From contig JAKMXF010000306.1 in assembly GCA_024704765.1 (NCBI GenBank), positions 360,620 through 424,619 on the forward strand: a stretch of 64,000 nt of DNA, read 5' to 3'. Source of the stretch: Oopsacas minuta (taxonomy: Eukaryota; Animalia; Porifera). The first letter of the stretch is position 1. Every line of letters begins with the position of its first letter. A program made the position numbers and the translations under genes. Under the pieces are notes generated by a model, which had not been told where the DNA came from, searched no databases, and saw nothing but the letters and a program-made list of their open reading frames with translations. This document shows positions 51,701-63,860 of this stretch, piece after piece.

Positions 51701-54700
51701 CGTGACCCACGTAATATAACGCCTGATAGTTTATTTTGGACCATGGATTACTTAAAGTGCATACGTTGAATATGATATGTTGAGATTAATACTATTGCAT
51801 TTGACAATATTCGTACCAAATGGTAGATAGAAGGTAATCACATTTTACGCTACAACAAAAATTGTATAAATACGAAATGCTAGGGCAACAAACAGATACC
51901 GACAGCAAAATTATAATTATTTGATTTGAATTTGGTGTATTTACAAGCGTTATGCGAGCTTTCAGTTAATGTCCTTTTCAACGAATTCATGTTCTTCACT
52001 TTGTTAGCTAGGATACAGTTGGTTGCTGAAAAATAATCTTCTTCAAGATACTCCATCCTATTGTGTCACAAGTAGGACATTTGTTTCTCCAAAACTTAGT
52101 TTGATTACTCTCGATTACTGCAATGTGAAGGAATCTAAAATCTTCCGAGATGGACTTGTTAAGAGAGATTGAAGAGCTGAAATCCATTTCGATCTTGGAG
52201 TAGACCTTCCACAAAATTACAACCGCTTCAAGTACTGGAGCTGAAGGCCACTCAAGGCCTCCTCAGTCAATCAAACATATAAATCCATAGACATGATCAG
52301 TTAGATCTAATTTGAAAGTATCTTCCTCAACAAGACCTAACAAACACTGAGAGCAAATACTGCTCACTTCTTCCGTATCTCTTACGCCAGAAGAGTGAGT
52401 AATACCTCGCTTAGAATGAAAGCATTTTTGAAGATCGAATGAATACAATAACCGGCAATAAAGGCCAAAGATTGAATGAGAGAAGTATCGAGTACGATTG
52501 GTGTCTCCTCTTCATTGAACACTCTGCTATAGGGGTCCAAATCGACTATATTGTCATCGCTAGATTCTTTGGAGTTTGAAAATGACTTTAAAATTCTTTT
52601 AATGAGAATGAGTTCTCACCCGGAGTACTAGAGGAGAAGAACTTCAGAATTGCAGAAATCTTAATTAGTCTCTCAATTTGCAAAACCTGGCAAAATATAA
52701 CATCGTACGACACTGTTCATCATTCGGGAAATCCCAAAGTGATGTTCGATTGGGTCGTTTTGAAGGAAAGAACTAAGAACATAGGCAAAACCACAGCTTT
52801 TGGTAAGATGGTTGACAATTCCTTCAAGGACAATACACAAATGGCGAAAACTGGTAAAAGTTTGTACAGAGAGTTTTTCCGTGCTTTGGGGTAAAGTTCT
52901 CTATTCATCCACCCATTTCACAACATCTGAATGAAATACAAAGCGAATGTCGTTACTCTATAGTGGCATAGAAAGTTCCTCATCTAGAAGGATGTCTTTA
53001 TTAGGTCTATTAATGTTGGAGATCTTCCAAATAAGGCTAATGAACTGAGCTGTTCTTGAAACTTGACCATATTTAGAGGCATGCACTGTTAAAGCTACAG
53101 CAGTTGAGTCGTCAAATATGCGAAGTGCTAAATTGACATTCTCTCTCTCAAGGCTAGATTGCTAGCAAGATTTGGCTGTTAATCAGTGGGCTGTTTTAGC
53201 AACAGAATTTTGCTCAAGTTTAAAGAGATTCAGAAGGCCTTAAAATGGTACCTTTAAAGTATATTCGCAATATACGTATGAAGGATAGCTAAATGTGTGA
53301 TTAGAATCGATTGAATTTGTCCAATTATCTCTTACAGCACACTCCTGCTTACCGGGATACCGTCGTACCGGAACACCTTTTTACCGGGACATCTTCCCGA
53401 AAATTTGGTTGCATCCCACAAAATGCCTCCCTCGTACCAGGACGAATCTCGCTTACCGGGACACCAATTTCTCCTAATTTTTGGTATGTACTGATCTTTG
53501 TTTTAGTGTTTCTCTTTCATGGCCCATAAGTCGCAACCTAAGTACGCTCTGCTGACGTGTGAGCAGCACAAGGCAGTTCTAGACAAACTGGAGCAGCCTG
53601 GCAGTAGTCTTCGCAAGGTGGCCGAGCACTTCGGAGTGGGTAAGAGCTCTATTGAGAGGATAAAAAAGAACAAGAATGAAGTGTGGCAGGCTGCAGTAAA
53701 GCTTGGCTCCAAACGCAAGCGTATGAAGGTGGAAGCTAAGTACAAAGAAATCGAGGAGGTGGTGTTGGAATTTCTAAGACTGGCGCGTGAACAAGGTGAG
53801 GCGGTCACCGGTCCTATGCTAGACCAATTGGTTGAGGAGGAGGCTCGCGAGCTCGGACTGGAGGATTTCAAAGCCTCTGAAGGATGGCTATCTCGCCTGA
53901 AAGACAGGCACGGGATCTCGGCTAAGGCTGTTTCTGGAGAAGCCAAGGGTGTCAATCTTCTCACTGTGGAGAACTGGAAGGAGGAGCTTAGGGGGATCAT
54001 CAAGGGCTACAAGAAAGAGGATATTATAACACTGATGAGACTGGGCTATTTTTCAAGACGTGCTCAAAGAAATCTCTGATATTTCAGGGTGACACTGCCC
54101 ATGGCTCAAAGAAGTCAAAGACAGAGTTACCCTCCTCCTCACCTGCTCATGTTCTGGCGAAAAGATGAAACCTACCCTGATAGGCAAGAGCGAGAAGCCG
54201 AGGGCTCTGAAGGATGCGGATATGAAGAGGATTCCGGTCCACTATCGAGCACCGAAATCTTCATGGATGACTAGCCAACTATTCACTGACTTACTGCAGT
54301 GGTTTGACACAGAAGTTGGGAAGAAGGAGCAAAATAGGAAAGTTCTGCTGTTTATGGATAATGCCAGTGTGCATAATTCTGCTGCCGATAACGTCCTGTT
54401 GAAGCACACCAAGGTTGTGTTCTTCCCCAAAAGCACAACGAGCTATACTCAACCGCTCGATGCTGGGGTAATTCAGACTTTCAAGCTGTTGTACAAAAAG
54501 GCCTCCACAATCACGTGCTTATAAACTCAAGCAGAAGTCCCAGAATGAGAACTCTGAAGATCCCTACAAGACCATCAGTATTGTACTCGTGATATGCTGG
54601 GCCGTGTGAGCTTGGAACAAGTACAGTCAAGGACTATTTCTAGGTGCTTCTCTAAATGTGGGTTCATGCGGAACGAGGGTCAAGTAGCCAACATTGGCAT

Positions 54701-56714
54701 GCCAGAGGTCACATTGGAGGAGCTTGAGCTACAGGGCATGGAGGCTGCTGATGCCGGGATCGTCTTTGCACTTATGAAGACAATCACGCAGCTGGTGAAG
54801 GAGCCTATTGCGAAGGTTGGCAAGGTGAGGGAGGAGGATCCGCAAAAAAACGACTGTGAGGATGAGGAGCCCATACCTGTTCCGTCCTCTGCCGCGGCCG
54901 CGCAAGCCATCGAAACGCTCCTGCTGTACGCTACGGGTCGAGGTGATGTGGGAATCCTGAACGGATCGATGGACCTCGATGCCTATGAAGAGTTCGTGCG
55001 TGGTCGCAGGGTATCCGAGCTTGTACAGACCAAGATATCCTACTTCCCTCCCAAGTCCCCGACGCCTCGGATTATCTTGGATATGATGGATTAAGATTCA
55101 TTTTCGATGATATATATTTGAGCAGACATATTACGCAGCTCAGACTTGTTAATTACTATGTTTGTTGGTTTAGATCTTGCAATAGTGATGTGTTATTGGG
55201 AGTGGCGGACACTCCCTCTTACTGGGACACCCTGGCCAAATCCCCGAGGTGTCCCGGTAAGTGGGAGCGTACTGTATATGAAATGCCAGATTTTATGCGT
55301 ATCTCACCCATATTAGACAAAGATGACGTTCAAATTGATTAAAGCCACCGTCTCAGCTTTTAAGGATGTTAGAAACTCAGTGTCCAAACCAAAACGAGAA
55401 TATAAATGACATGGTGATGACTCATATGGCAAAGATGTACAGTCCATATTACGTAGTGTCTATAAGAGACATGAGACGACTAATGAGACTTGAGTGAGAG
55501 GATTATCGTAATTATATTGTAGCGGCGTCTAGTTTTACAACAGTCGAGGTCTCCAGTTGACCCACGATTAAGCGCAATTGAGTTATAAGATCCGGAAACT
55601 TGTGTATACCTATAGTCACATTTCAAAATAATTAGTATACTCACATTAAGGGATTGTGCATTACCTAATGTATCAACGAGTATTGAAATCGCTTGCTTTA
55701 TTGATCAAATGCTCTTGTGGAGCTCTAAAAGAAAGATAACCAACTATATATGAAATGTTCCAAAATTCATAATTAGTACTTATCAATCAGAGCTCTAGCA
55801 ACTCTATAGTTTGTCAGTAGATCAATCATAGTATTTATCTGATGAATATCATTGATCATTGGAATATGAAAATCAACTTGAGTTACATGGTGACACCATT
55901 AACTTGTAGAGTACGTTCTATGGAAAAGGAACTTTGAAGTATTATCGGATGCGTTGATGTAAGATTAACAAAATTCAAGGTAGTAGAATCAGAGTGCCAA
56001 ATAATCCAACCAGAAGGAACATGAATGCCAGATAATTTGGCAATGAGTTAAACGAAATCTCCTGTAGCAAACTTTATTTGTTCCTCTTCAAAGGTCACAT
56101 TACTTAGCATTAATGCCTAGAATTTAGAGAGAACACAATTTCAGAGCCATAAGCCATAGGTAATTGTTTGCATTATATTCACTTGGTTCTGTAACTCTGT
56201 TTCCCTTTTATCCTATCAAGGCGCTGGTATTATATAAACTATCATTGAGGTAAGTAGTACAATTGGGAAGATACTTAGTAGGCAATGCTCCATTCTTCAA
56301 TCTAGCCTGTATAGAGCGGGTTGGATTCTTTCCATCAATGTCTAAATATGACTGAATGTCTATTGTCGCCTGGGATCAAAATACTTGGCACAAAAGAAAA
56401 TCTTCTTTAGTTGATCCACATCTAAAAAATTTAGGAAAATATAAACGAACGCGATATGAACTTAGTGATAAAAATTAAAAATAGCAGTGGAAAATTCTAA
56501 AATATGAACTAGACCCTAAACCCAAAGGAAAATTGACAAGAAAAAGCTTTGTATATTGGGGACTCACCATCTCTGTACAAAAATGATATCCACTTTTGCT
56601 CAATATCTGGAGCATTAGATGGCATCTGGAAGACTGGTATACCACAGTGATCATTGTAGTAACCCGTTTGACATCTGGGTACGGAACAAGATTTGGGCAT
56701 ACTCGGAAAATCAA
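51701..56714 (-). mobile_element. Old THAP/P element of the CGTGACC family, interrupted by pogo/Tigger; 5' end not found
   Basis: 3' terminus CGTGACCCACG...GGACCATGGAT at 51701. THAP start MPKSCSVPRCQ at 56700; RRRYNIITI, MGEIRIKS, RENVNLALRIFDDSTA, FAYVLSSFLQNDPIEHHFG, IQSLAFIAGY and LEWPS are colinear with the 57286 transposase. Confidence 0.8.
53335..55274 (+). mobile_element. pogo/Tigger-like element, full-length ends, frameshifted
   Basis: TA TSD on both sides; TIRs CAG(C/T)AC(A/G)CTCC..CTTACCGGGA(T/C)ACC and subterminal ACCGGGAC repeats. psq-HTH and CENP-B HTH (FKASEGWLSRLKDRHGI), N.DETG, LLFMDNASVH and QPLDAGVI. Confidence 0.92.
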
Positions 56715-56847
56715 CTGTAACTAACTAAGCAATTGAAACAATCAAAGATGGAAAAAGAAAGATCTAGAAGCAGTAGTGAAATAATAAACAACGGGCTTTC
56801 AAAAATTCCCGACTAAGGTCGTAGAATTTTAAGATATAGGATATTAT

Positions 56848-59800
56848 CGTGACCTACGTTATAATAAGGCCTGTTCACTAGTGCGATTTTTTGGACCATG
56901 GATGTCGTTTAAGTCCATTAAATTTTATTTCAAATAATCATGTATTTGATGTTATTCACCTAAATCGTGAACTTAAAAATTGTTCTTAGGCGATTTTAAA
57001 GACCATGGATGTCGTTGAAGGCTTGTAAAAAAAGTATTTCTTAGAAACCCATAATATTTATAATAATTTATGAATCAACCTTTTTGTTACATTCAATTTA
57101 TTGAAACAATACATTTACGTACTCACTACCCGTTGTACCTTGTCCTCTTGTACTTTTATCCTAAGTTGTTTAGACAACTTAGCTTTTATCTCTATAATGC
57201 CGCTCTCCACCCTGTTCTATCAGTTATGTGCATTTCTTTAATCTAACTCTCGATTTCTCCTTTTTATAGTTTCAATTAGCTTGTCATGCCCAACAGGTGT
57301 TCTGCCCCCGGATGTCGGAGTAATTACGCAGGAGAACCTTATACTCCAGTCTTTAAGTTGTCAAATGGTCCACCTGATCTTGTCAATCGTTGGCATCGAG
57401 CGCTCTGTAGAGAAGGTATCAGAGACTTAAAGAATGTGTTTGTGTGCTCAAAACATTTCCTCGACGAAGAAATTCAGACCAGTTTTTCTATCCATCAACC
57501 AGATGGAACATACTTAGAAGTACCAGCTAAGCCTAAATTGCAGAAGGATGCAGTGCCAAGATTTCTACCTGGATGTCCACTTCATCTCTCTTCGTCATCT
57601 GACACCATACCTCCGAGATTTGATAGATCTTTGAGAGAACAGCATTTGATTGATACTGCAATAAATGAGAGTCTATTACAGTATAACCAAGACAAAGAAC
57701 TTTTTCAGATTACCACACTGGAAGACTTGGTATCCAAAAGGAAGCACTCGGGTTTGCCTAATCATTGGTTAGTTTGGTCTTCTGATGATAATTCCTTTAA
57801 TTTACTCAAACCTTCTACAACGAATAACAGTTTGATTGCAATTAGATGCTCGTTAACTATTACCGAAACATTACATACTATGGGTTTCTACGAAGGTATA
57901 CGCATTCCTCTTTCTCTCACTCAGATAAATGATATTCGTCAACTTAACGATTTGCTTAAAGAAATTGAAAACCATTCTGCCCCTACTAATTCTCCTGAAA
58001 CATTCCAACACCATGTCAGAGAAGCAACCGGAAGCATTCATAAAGCTATAGACTCCCTTTCAACTGGAGAAGAATCTGGAAACCAACAGCTTCTATTATC
58101 AAGTCTTCAGTTTATTCTATGCCAATTGGATAACGCTTTGATCGCGAAAACTATGAGGCGATACAACATCGAAACTCTTGTCTTGTCCCTCAAATGCCAG
58201 CTTATCTCGCCAGTTTGCTATAGATATCTTCAATCCCTGGACTGTCTATCATTGCCGCACATTTCTACTCTAAAGCGCTTATATTCCAATTTTGGTTTGG
58301 ATTCTGAGTTTACCAACTATCTCAAACAATCAGTCACTCAGTTTAACAAATGGGAACGAAATGTAGTGATTCAGATGGATGAAATTCATGTAAAATCCAC
58401 ATTTACATACAAAGGAGGTAAGATAATTGGATCTTCTTTGAATCCTACTGATCCTGCAAAAACCGTTTTTGCCTTCAGGATATCAAGTTTGTCCAAACGA
58501 TGGTCCAGTATTGTCCGTTTACTGCCCTGTTCCAGCTCATCTGCTGAGGTACTCTTTCCTATCATCAAAGATGTTATTCGTGATGTTGAAGCATGTGGAC
58601 TCTCTGTACACGTTTTATGTACTGACAATTACCCGATGAACGTTAACATTTTCAAGTTATTTTCTCCCAGCCGACTTCTAGAGCATATTGTTCCTCACCC
58701 TATGGACTCAAACCGGCCATTGTTTTTGCTTTTTGACTTCGTTCATATAATCAAATCGATACGTAATAACTGGCTAAACCAAATAGATTATAATAAAACA
58801 TTCACTTATCCAGATTTTGAGAACATACAAGTTGCGAGCACTGCAGTTTTCGAAGAAATTCGCGAATTATACAAAAGTGACCAACACTCTGTTGCTAAAT
58901 TAGCTCCAAGATTAACCTCTAAAGCTTGTTGGCCTTCCACTTTAGAACGACAAAATGTTTCTTTAGCTTTAAGGATATTTGATGAATCTACAGCCGCTGC
59001 ATTAAACGTTAGCTACCAATCGCGATACCACACTTCTACAAATTCACAGACTGCAAACTTTATTACCATTATTTGTAATGTTTGGAAGATATTCAACATC
59101 AATACTCCGAACAAGGGTATCCTTCACAAAGATGAATTTTCAGTTCCACTTACCTACAATAATACCAGATTTATGTTCCTTCAACGTGTAGTTGATTGGG
59201 CTGAATGTTGGCGAGTCATGCCTGACAAAAGAGGTAAATTAAGTCCTCAAACCTTTACAAGTTTCCGTCACTCTTGTATTGCACTCCCGTGCATTGTAAA
59301 CCATCTGACTGGAAATTGTGGCTATTCGTACGTCCTTTCTTCGTTCTTGCAAAATGATCCACTTGAGCATCATTTTGGCTTGTATAGGATGATGTCAGGA
59401 GCACAATACCACATTAGCTATTGCCAGGTCCTTGAAACAGAACGGAGAATAAAGTTGTCCAGCATACTCAAATTATTTTCGAAAAAGCCTGTAGAAGATA
59501 GCATATCACTTAAGAACTTCTTAGAATCGTGCTCATCCTCTTGTGACTAAGACTCCCATGCGTCTTTCAACTTAGAGATGTATCTCTCGGCGATTCAGGG
59601 ATATTCAGGGATAGAATTAAACAAGCAAATACTCCAATCACTCTCCTTTATAGCAGGCTACTCAGTGCATGCCTATTACAAACATTCTACTAAATGTCAA
59701 TCATGTCTCTTATTCCTCACTGAAAACAAAGAAATGGAAATTGAAGAACCTTCAGATTCTGAATATCGATTAATTCAGATAATCGACCGAGGCTCACTAA

Positions 59801-60474
59801 AATGGCCAAGTAGTGATGTCATAGACGCAATTATTACGCTATGGAAAGTATTCTCTTCTATCGAGAGTCAACCAAGCATATTCAATAACTTTATAACCGG
59901 TCCTTCTAGAAGTATCCTGATGCAGTTAACAACCAGTCTTATAGAAGATGAACAAGCTGAAGTATGGAGAGTGATGTGTGACGAATGTGGTACACTCATG
60001 TGGGATGTATTAGCTAAACTATTGACTGCTACTTCAAACTGTCTTATATCAAATAAGATTAAGACATGAATTCCCAGCTACCCTTGAAACCGTGTGTCGA
60101 AAATACTCGAAAATTAAAGAAATTGAAGCCTAATTAACTTATCACATACCACTTTAATATACGTATCTTTTATTATTTTGTACTATTATCAGGCACTCAC
60201 TATTTGAAATATGCTTAGTATTAAACCCAATAATATTTTATCTCATGGATTCACATTTTAGTTAATTTTCTCTAACTATAACATTTATTGTAAAAATAAG
60301 GACTTAAATGCATCCATGGTCTTCAAAATCGCTTAAGAACAATTTTTAAGTTCACGATTTGGGTGAATAACATCAAATACATGATTATTTGAAATAAAAT
60401 TTAACGGACTTTAACGACATCCATGGTCCAAAAAATCGCACTAGTGAACAGGCCTTATTATAACGTAGGTCACG
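56848..60474 (+). mobile_element. Full-length THAP/P-superfamily transposon (3627 bp), 164-bp TIRs, 8-bp TSD
   Basis: TIRs 56848-57011 and 60311-60474 beginning CGTGACCTACGTTATAATAAGGCCTG, nearly identical; TSD GATATTAT at 56840-56847 and 60475-60482. Confidence 0.95.
57286..60069 (+). pseudogene. THAP9/P-element-type transposase, 927 codons with a single in-frame TAA (59548-59550)
   Basis: THAP (CSAPGC...W...VCSKHF...AVP), MDEIHVK, CTDNYPMN, FDFVHIIKSIRNNW, RQNVSLAL, QNDPLEHHFG and IAGY...DRGSLKWPS. The 754-aa and 163-aa ORFs are in the same frame. Confidence 0.9.
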
Positions 60475-62597
60475 GATATTATATTACGTATCTCTATTAA
60501 TAATGAACCGTTTTCTATTATCTATTCAGAACTACCCTAACCTTCACCATATCGCCAATATTTTTCTAGTTACGATTATTTCAAATTTCTCAGCTTTGAA
60601 CATACTTGTATTCTTAAGTATTTATGGCTTCAAATTTGAAATTTGAACAAAGATCCTATATCAAAATTCGCACGCTTCTTGGTATTGGCCCGAAGGATAT
60701 TCTCATTGACTTGGAAGTCGTTTATGGAGATGCTAGCCTTTCATATACTACTGTGAAGGAGTGGACCAATCGGTTTCGTGAAGGACCAGAGTCACTGGAA
60801 GATGAGGAACGAATCGGGCTTCCCGGATCCGCCGTGACTAGCGCTGACACATCTGAAAATCCCTGAAGAGTGGAAGAAGATCCTTTTCCACCGTTGAGAA
60901 GTTGGCTATGAGTGTAGGGATCTCAACGAGAGCTGTTCACTCCATACTTATCAGTGAGCTGAAAGTTTGAAAAATTTGTTCGATGTGGATCCCGCATTCC
61001 CTTACAAAGGACCAGAAGGACTGTCGGGTAACTTGTGCAAGAAAAAGAATCTCAGAGTATAAAGACTTGGATCCAAGAAGGCTGGCAGAAATCATTATTG
61101 GTGAGGAGACTTTGATAAGATACGACGAGCCACTATCCAAAGAAAGAAAAAGGTATGGGTCGTAAAGGTGAGGCGCCTCCTCCCAATCCTAGACAGGACT
61201 TCAGAGATCAGAAGGTTTATACTCAATTTTCTTTGATGCACATGGCCCAGTTGCCCAGATTATAATATCCAAAGGAAGATAATTACCGGGGACTTCATGC
61301 CAAAAGTTGCTTCTCACTCAGAAGTAGAAAAACATCACTGGGAGAGGGGCCGCCAAAGTTTGGACCGCGGGGCCAGCGATTATTACATGATAATTGACGG
61401 CCACATAAAACTAAGCTCGTAAGGTCAGAGTTAGATAGAATGAGAGCTGTGCAACTAGATTATCCACCCTACTCACCTGACCTCGCTCCTTGTGATTTCT
61501 GACTCTTTGCAAAGTTGAAAAGGAACTTGCAGGCAGGCATTTTGATACCCAGAATCGACCTAGGGAACGCAATTTGGAGATCCCAAAAGACATCCCACCC
61601 CGAGACTATAAAAATGTACTTTTTAATGGCCAGATCGTCTCCAACGAGTCATAAGCGTTAATGATGAACATTTCGGGAAAATATACGAATTGTAGATGTA
61701 TATTTTGTATAGTTACAAAAATATGGGTAGGATCGGAAACTTTTTGAGCATCCGTTGTAATAACAACAAATAATTCATACTGGAACTTGTTTCTAAAAGG
61801 ATAGAATATTGTACTATTCAGTTATGGGTGATAAAAATATAATCAACTCCCTGTTATCCCTGGTTTATTTGAGTGAGTAGGCATTATATATAGTAGGCCA
61901 TGATTCGTGTAAATTTCATGTATATACTAACGTTCTTCACCTCAAATCTTGACTGCTAGGAAAACGAAAGGTCTCGGGAAAGTGGAGAAGAAATGAGATA
62001 AAATCCAGCTTAGTTTAAAGAGTCCATCGTTTTGTCCCTCTGTCACATATTCACTTCAAGAAAGCAGTCACAGGCCCTCAAAATATCACAACCTATTTTA
62101 CCAATACAATCAATTGATAGTACAATAATACACCAGATCCAAACAGTGTCTCAAATTGCTGGGATGATATCTACACCAGCAAGATGTCTAAAATGTTCGG
62201 TTGTCAAAAGAACAGCATGTGTAGCATATAAAAACCATATCATTAAGAGTGTGGGCTAATTCACTTGAGCGAAATGTTAAGATATCAGACAACCTGGAAG
62301 GAAAAACTGAATATGGTGTAATATCAAGCCAGCTCAGTCCATACAAATAGGAACTCCGCATCAAAATAACAATGTTTTTGTTAAATATTAATAGTCTTAT
62401 AATAATTTAAGCAAAACAAACTAGACAATCGTCTTAGGCTATAAACTAAGGTGACATGCTTTTGGTGACAGGTGTAAATATTGCAGTGTGTTTCAATACC
62501 TTTGGGCAGAGAGGGTATTGTCTAAAATTTAATACCTACATTCTCGTCGATACAAATTAATATACTCGAGTCACTTTTAACAGAAATATCGGATACC

Positions 62598-62684
62598 GAC
62601 ATCTCGCTACACGACATTTCGTTACAGACATTTCGCTACAGACATTTCGCTACAGCGACATTTCGTTACACGACATCTCGCTAC
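62598..62684 (+). repeat. Six tandem copies of GACAT(T/C)TCG(C/T)TACA at the MULE end
   Basis: Read directly; 14-16-bp period with 0-2-nt spacers. Confidence 0.9.
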
Positions 62685-63860
62685 TTATTTGATTGGTCAA
62701 TTTTAATTATTATTTATAATTAAATTATTCCCCTTAAATATCATAAAATCTACCCTTGTAGAATCCCAGTTATAGTTTAGATTCTTGTAAAGCCGTTCAA
62801 AGTATTACGTCTAAATGCATTGAGTATATTTTCAGAAGTTACCTCAATCAAATAATTCGAAACAACTGATGATGTTTATACACGAATTGGAATGTAACCT
62901 CAAGTAATCATCATCAAATTCTTTACTCTGTAAACATCGTACAGCTGTTTTATGAAGTCAATAAGCTTCAAAATTCAATAAATACGATTGGTTACTTCCA
63001 TTGTTCAGATCAGTGTTTCTCAAACAAATTATTTATCTATTTTTATTGTATTATTTGTTGATTATTTAATTTGCTAATGGCAGAGCCTCCTGATCAACCA
63101 TTCAGGTTGATCGGGACAATCAGAGGAGGCAACAAGTTGATGGAAGGAGGCTATAAGTATACTATGCGGAGGAGGATTGGAGATGTGGTGCATTGGCAGT
63201 GCGAGGAGAGGGGAACTTGTAAGGCAAGAATTCACACTAAAGATACAGAGATAGTAAAGCGCACGAGTGAACATACTCATGCGCCTGACGAGCAGGCTGT
63301 GAGCTGCTGCGAGACGAAGCTGGACATCAAGAGGAAAGCACGAGAGTCCCAGGATAGCGCACACCACATAGTGGGCGAGAGTTTGCAGACAGCATCAGAG
63401 GGTACTGCTGCTAAACTACCCAAGCTGGACAGCCTGAAGCGGACAATACAACGCCAACGTGCTAGTGCACTTGCAGCGCCAGTACAGCCTACCACTCTAG
63501 CAGAGCTAGCTCTACCAGCAGTCTACCAGCAGACAGCCAAGGGAGAACAGTTCTTACTCTACGACTCTGGTGCAGACGATGTACACAGATTCCTCATCTT
63601 CGGGACATAACCCAACCTCGGGATGTTGCAGCGAAGCAAGATCTGGCTAGCTGATGGCACCTTCAAGACGGCACCTCCCCTCTTCGCCCAGGTGTATGTG
63701 GTGCATGGACTCCGTGGAGGAGATGATCCTATGAAGACCGGTCATCTGTTACCGAGCCTGTTCGTGCTACTGCCCAACAAGACGGAGGCTGCCTACCTGA
63801 GGATGTGGGAACAGATCCGCCTACTGTGTCCACTTGCCCAACCTCAACAGATGCTCCTGG

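Larger units (their letters stand above)
56789..61757 (+). mobile_element. Mariner (DD34D) element with a P element inserted in its 5' UTR
   Basis: Transposase remnants 60624-61660 (FEQRSYIKIRT, MWIPH, GEET, HDN, PPYSPDLAPCDF). The right end reverse complement CAACGGATGCTCAAAAAGTTTCCGA is matched by CAACGGGCTTTCAAAAATTCCCGA at 56789, upstream of the P element. The left flank is AA rather than TA, so the left boundary is less certain. Confidence 0.75.

Noticed and set aside
53503-54910. Antisense ORFs (53503-54003, 54680-54910; likewise 63074-63495)
   Set aside because: They are shadows of GC-rich transposase frames, with no independent motifs.
54594-55094. Separate 166-aa gene captured inside the Tigger
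   Set aside because: It lies inside the TIRs and follows the DDE region, as expected for the frameshifted acidic C-terminus of the same transposase.
59548-59550. Stop-codon reassignment or programmed readthrough at TAA (also at 63608)
   Set aside because: TAA and TAG end other ORFs normally, and the sister copy has CAA, so a simple C-to-T mutation is more parsimonious.
61900-62400. Membrane-protein (GPCR-like) pseudogene or upstream Shark exon
   Set aside because: Hydrophobic stretches are interrupted by stops in all frames, and there is no SH2 or ankyrin motif.
62598-62684. CRISPR-like array
   Set aside because: 14-bp units with 0-2-nt spacers, in eukaryotic context at the end of a MULE; no cas genes.
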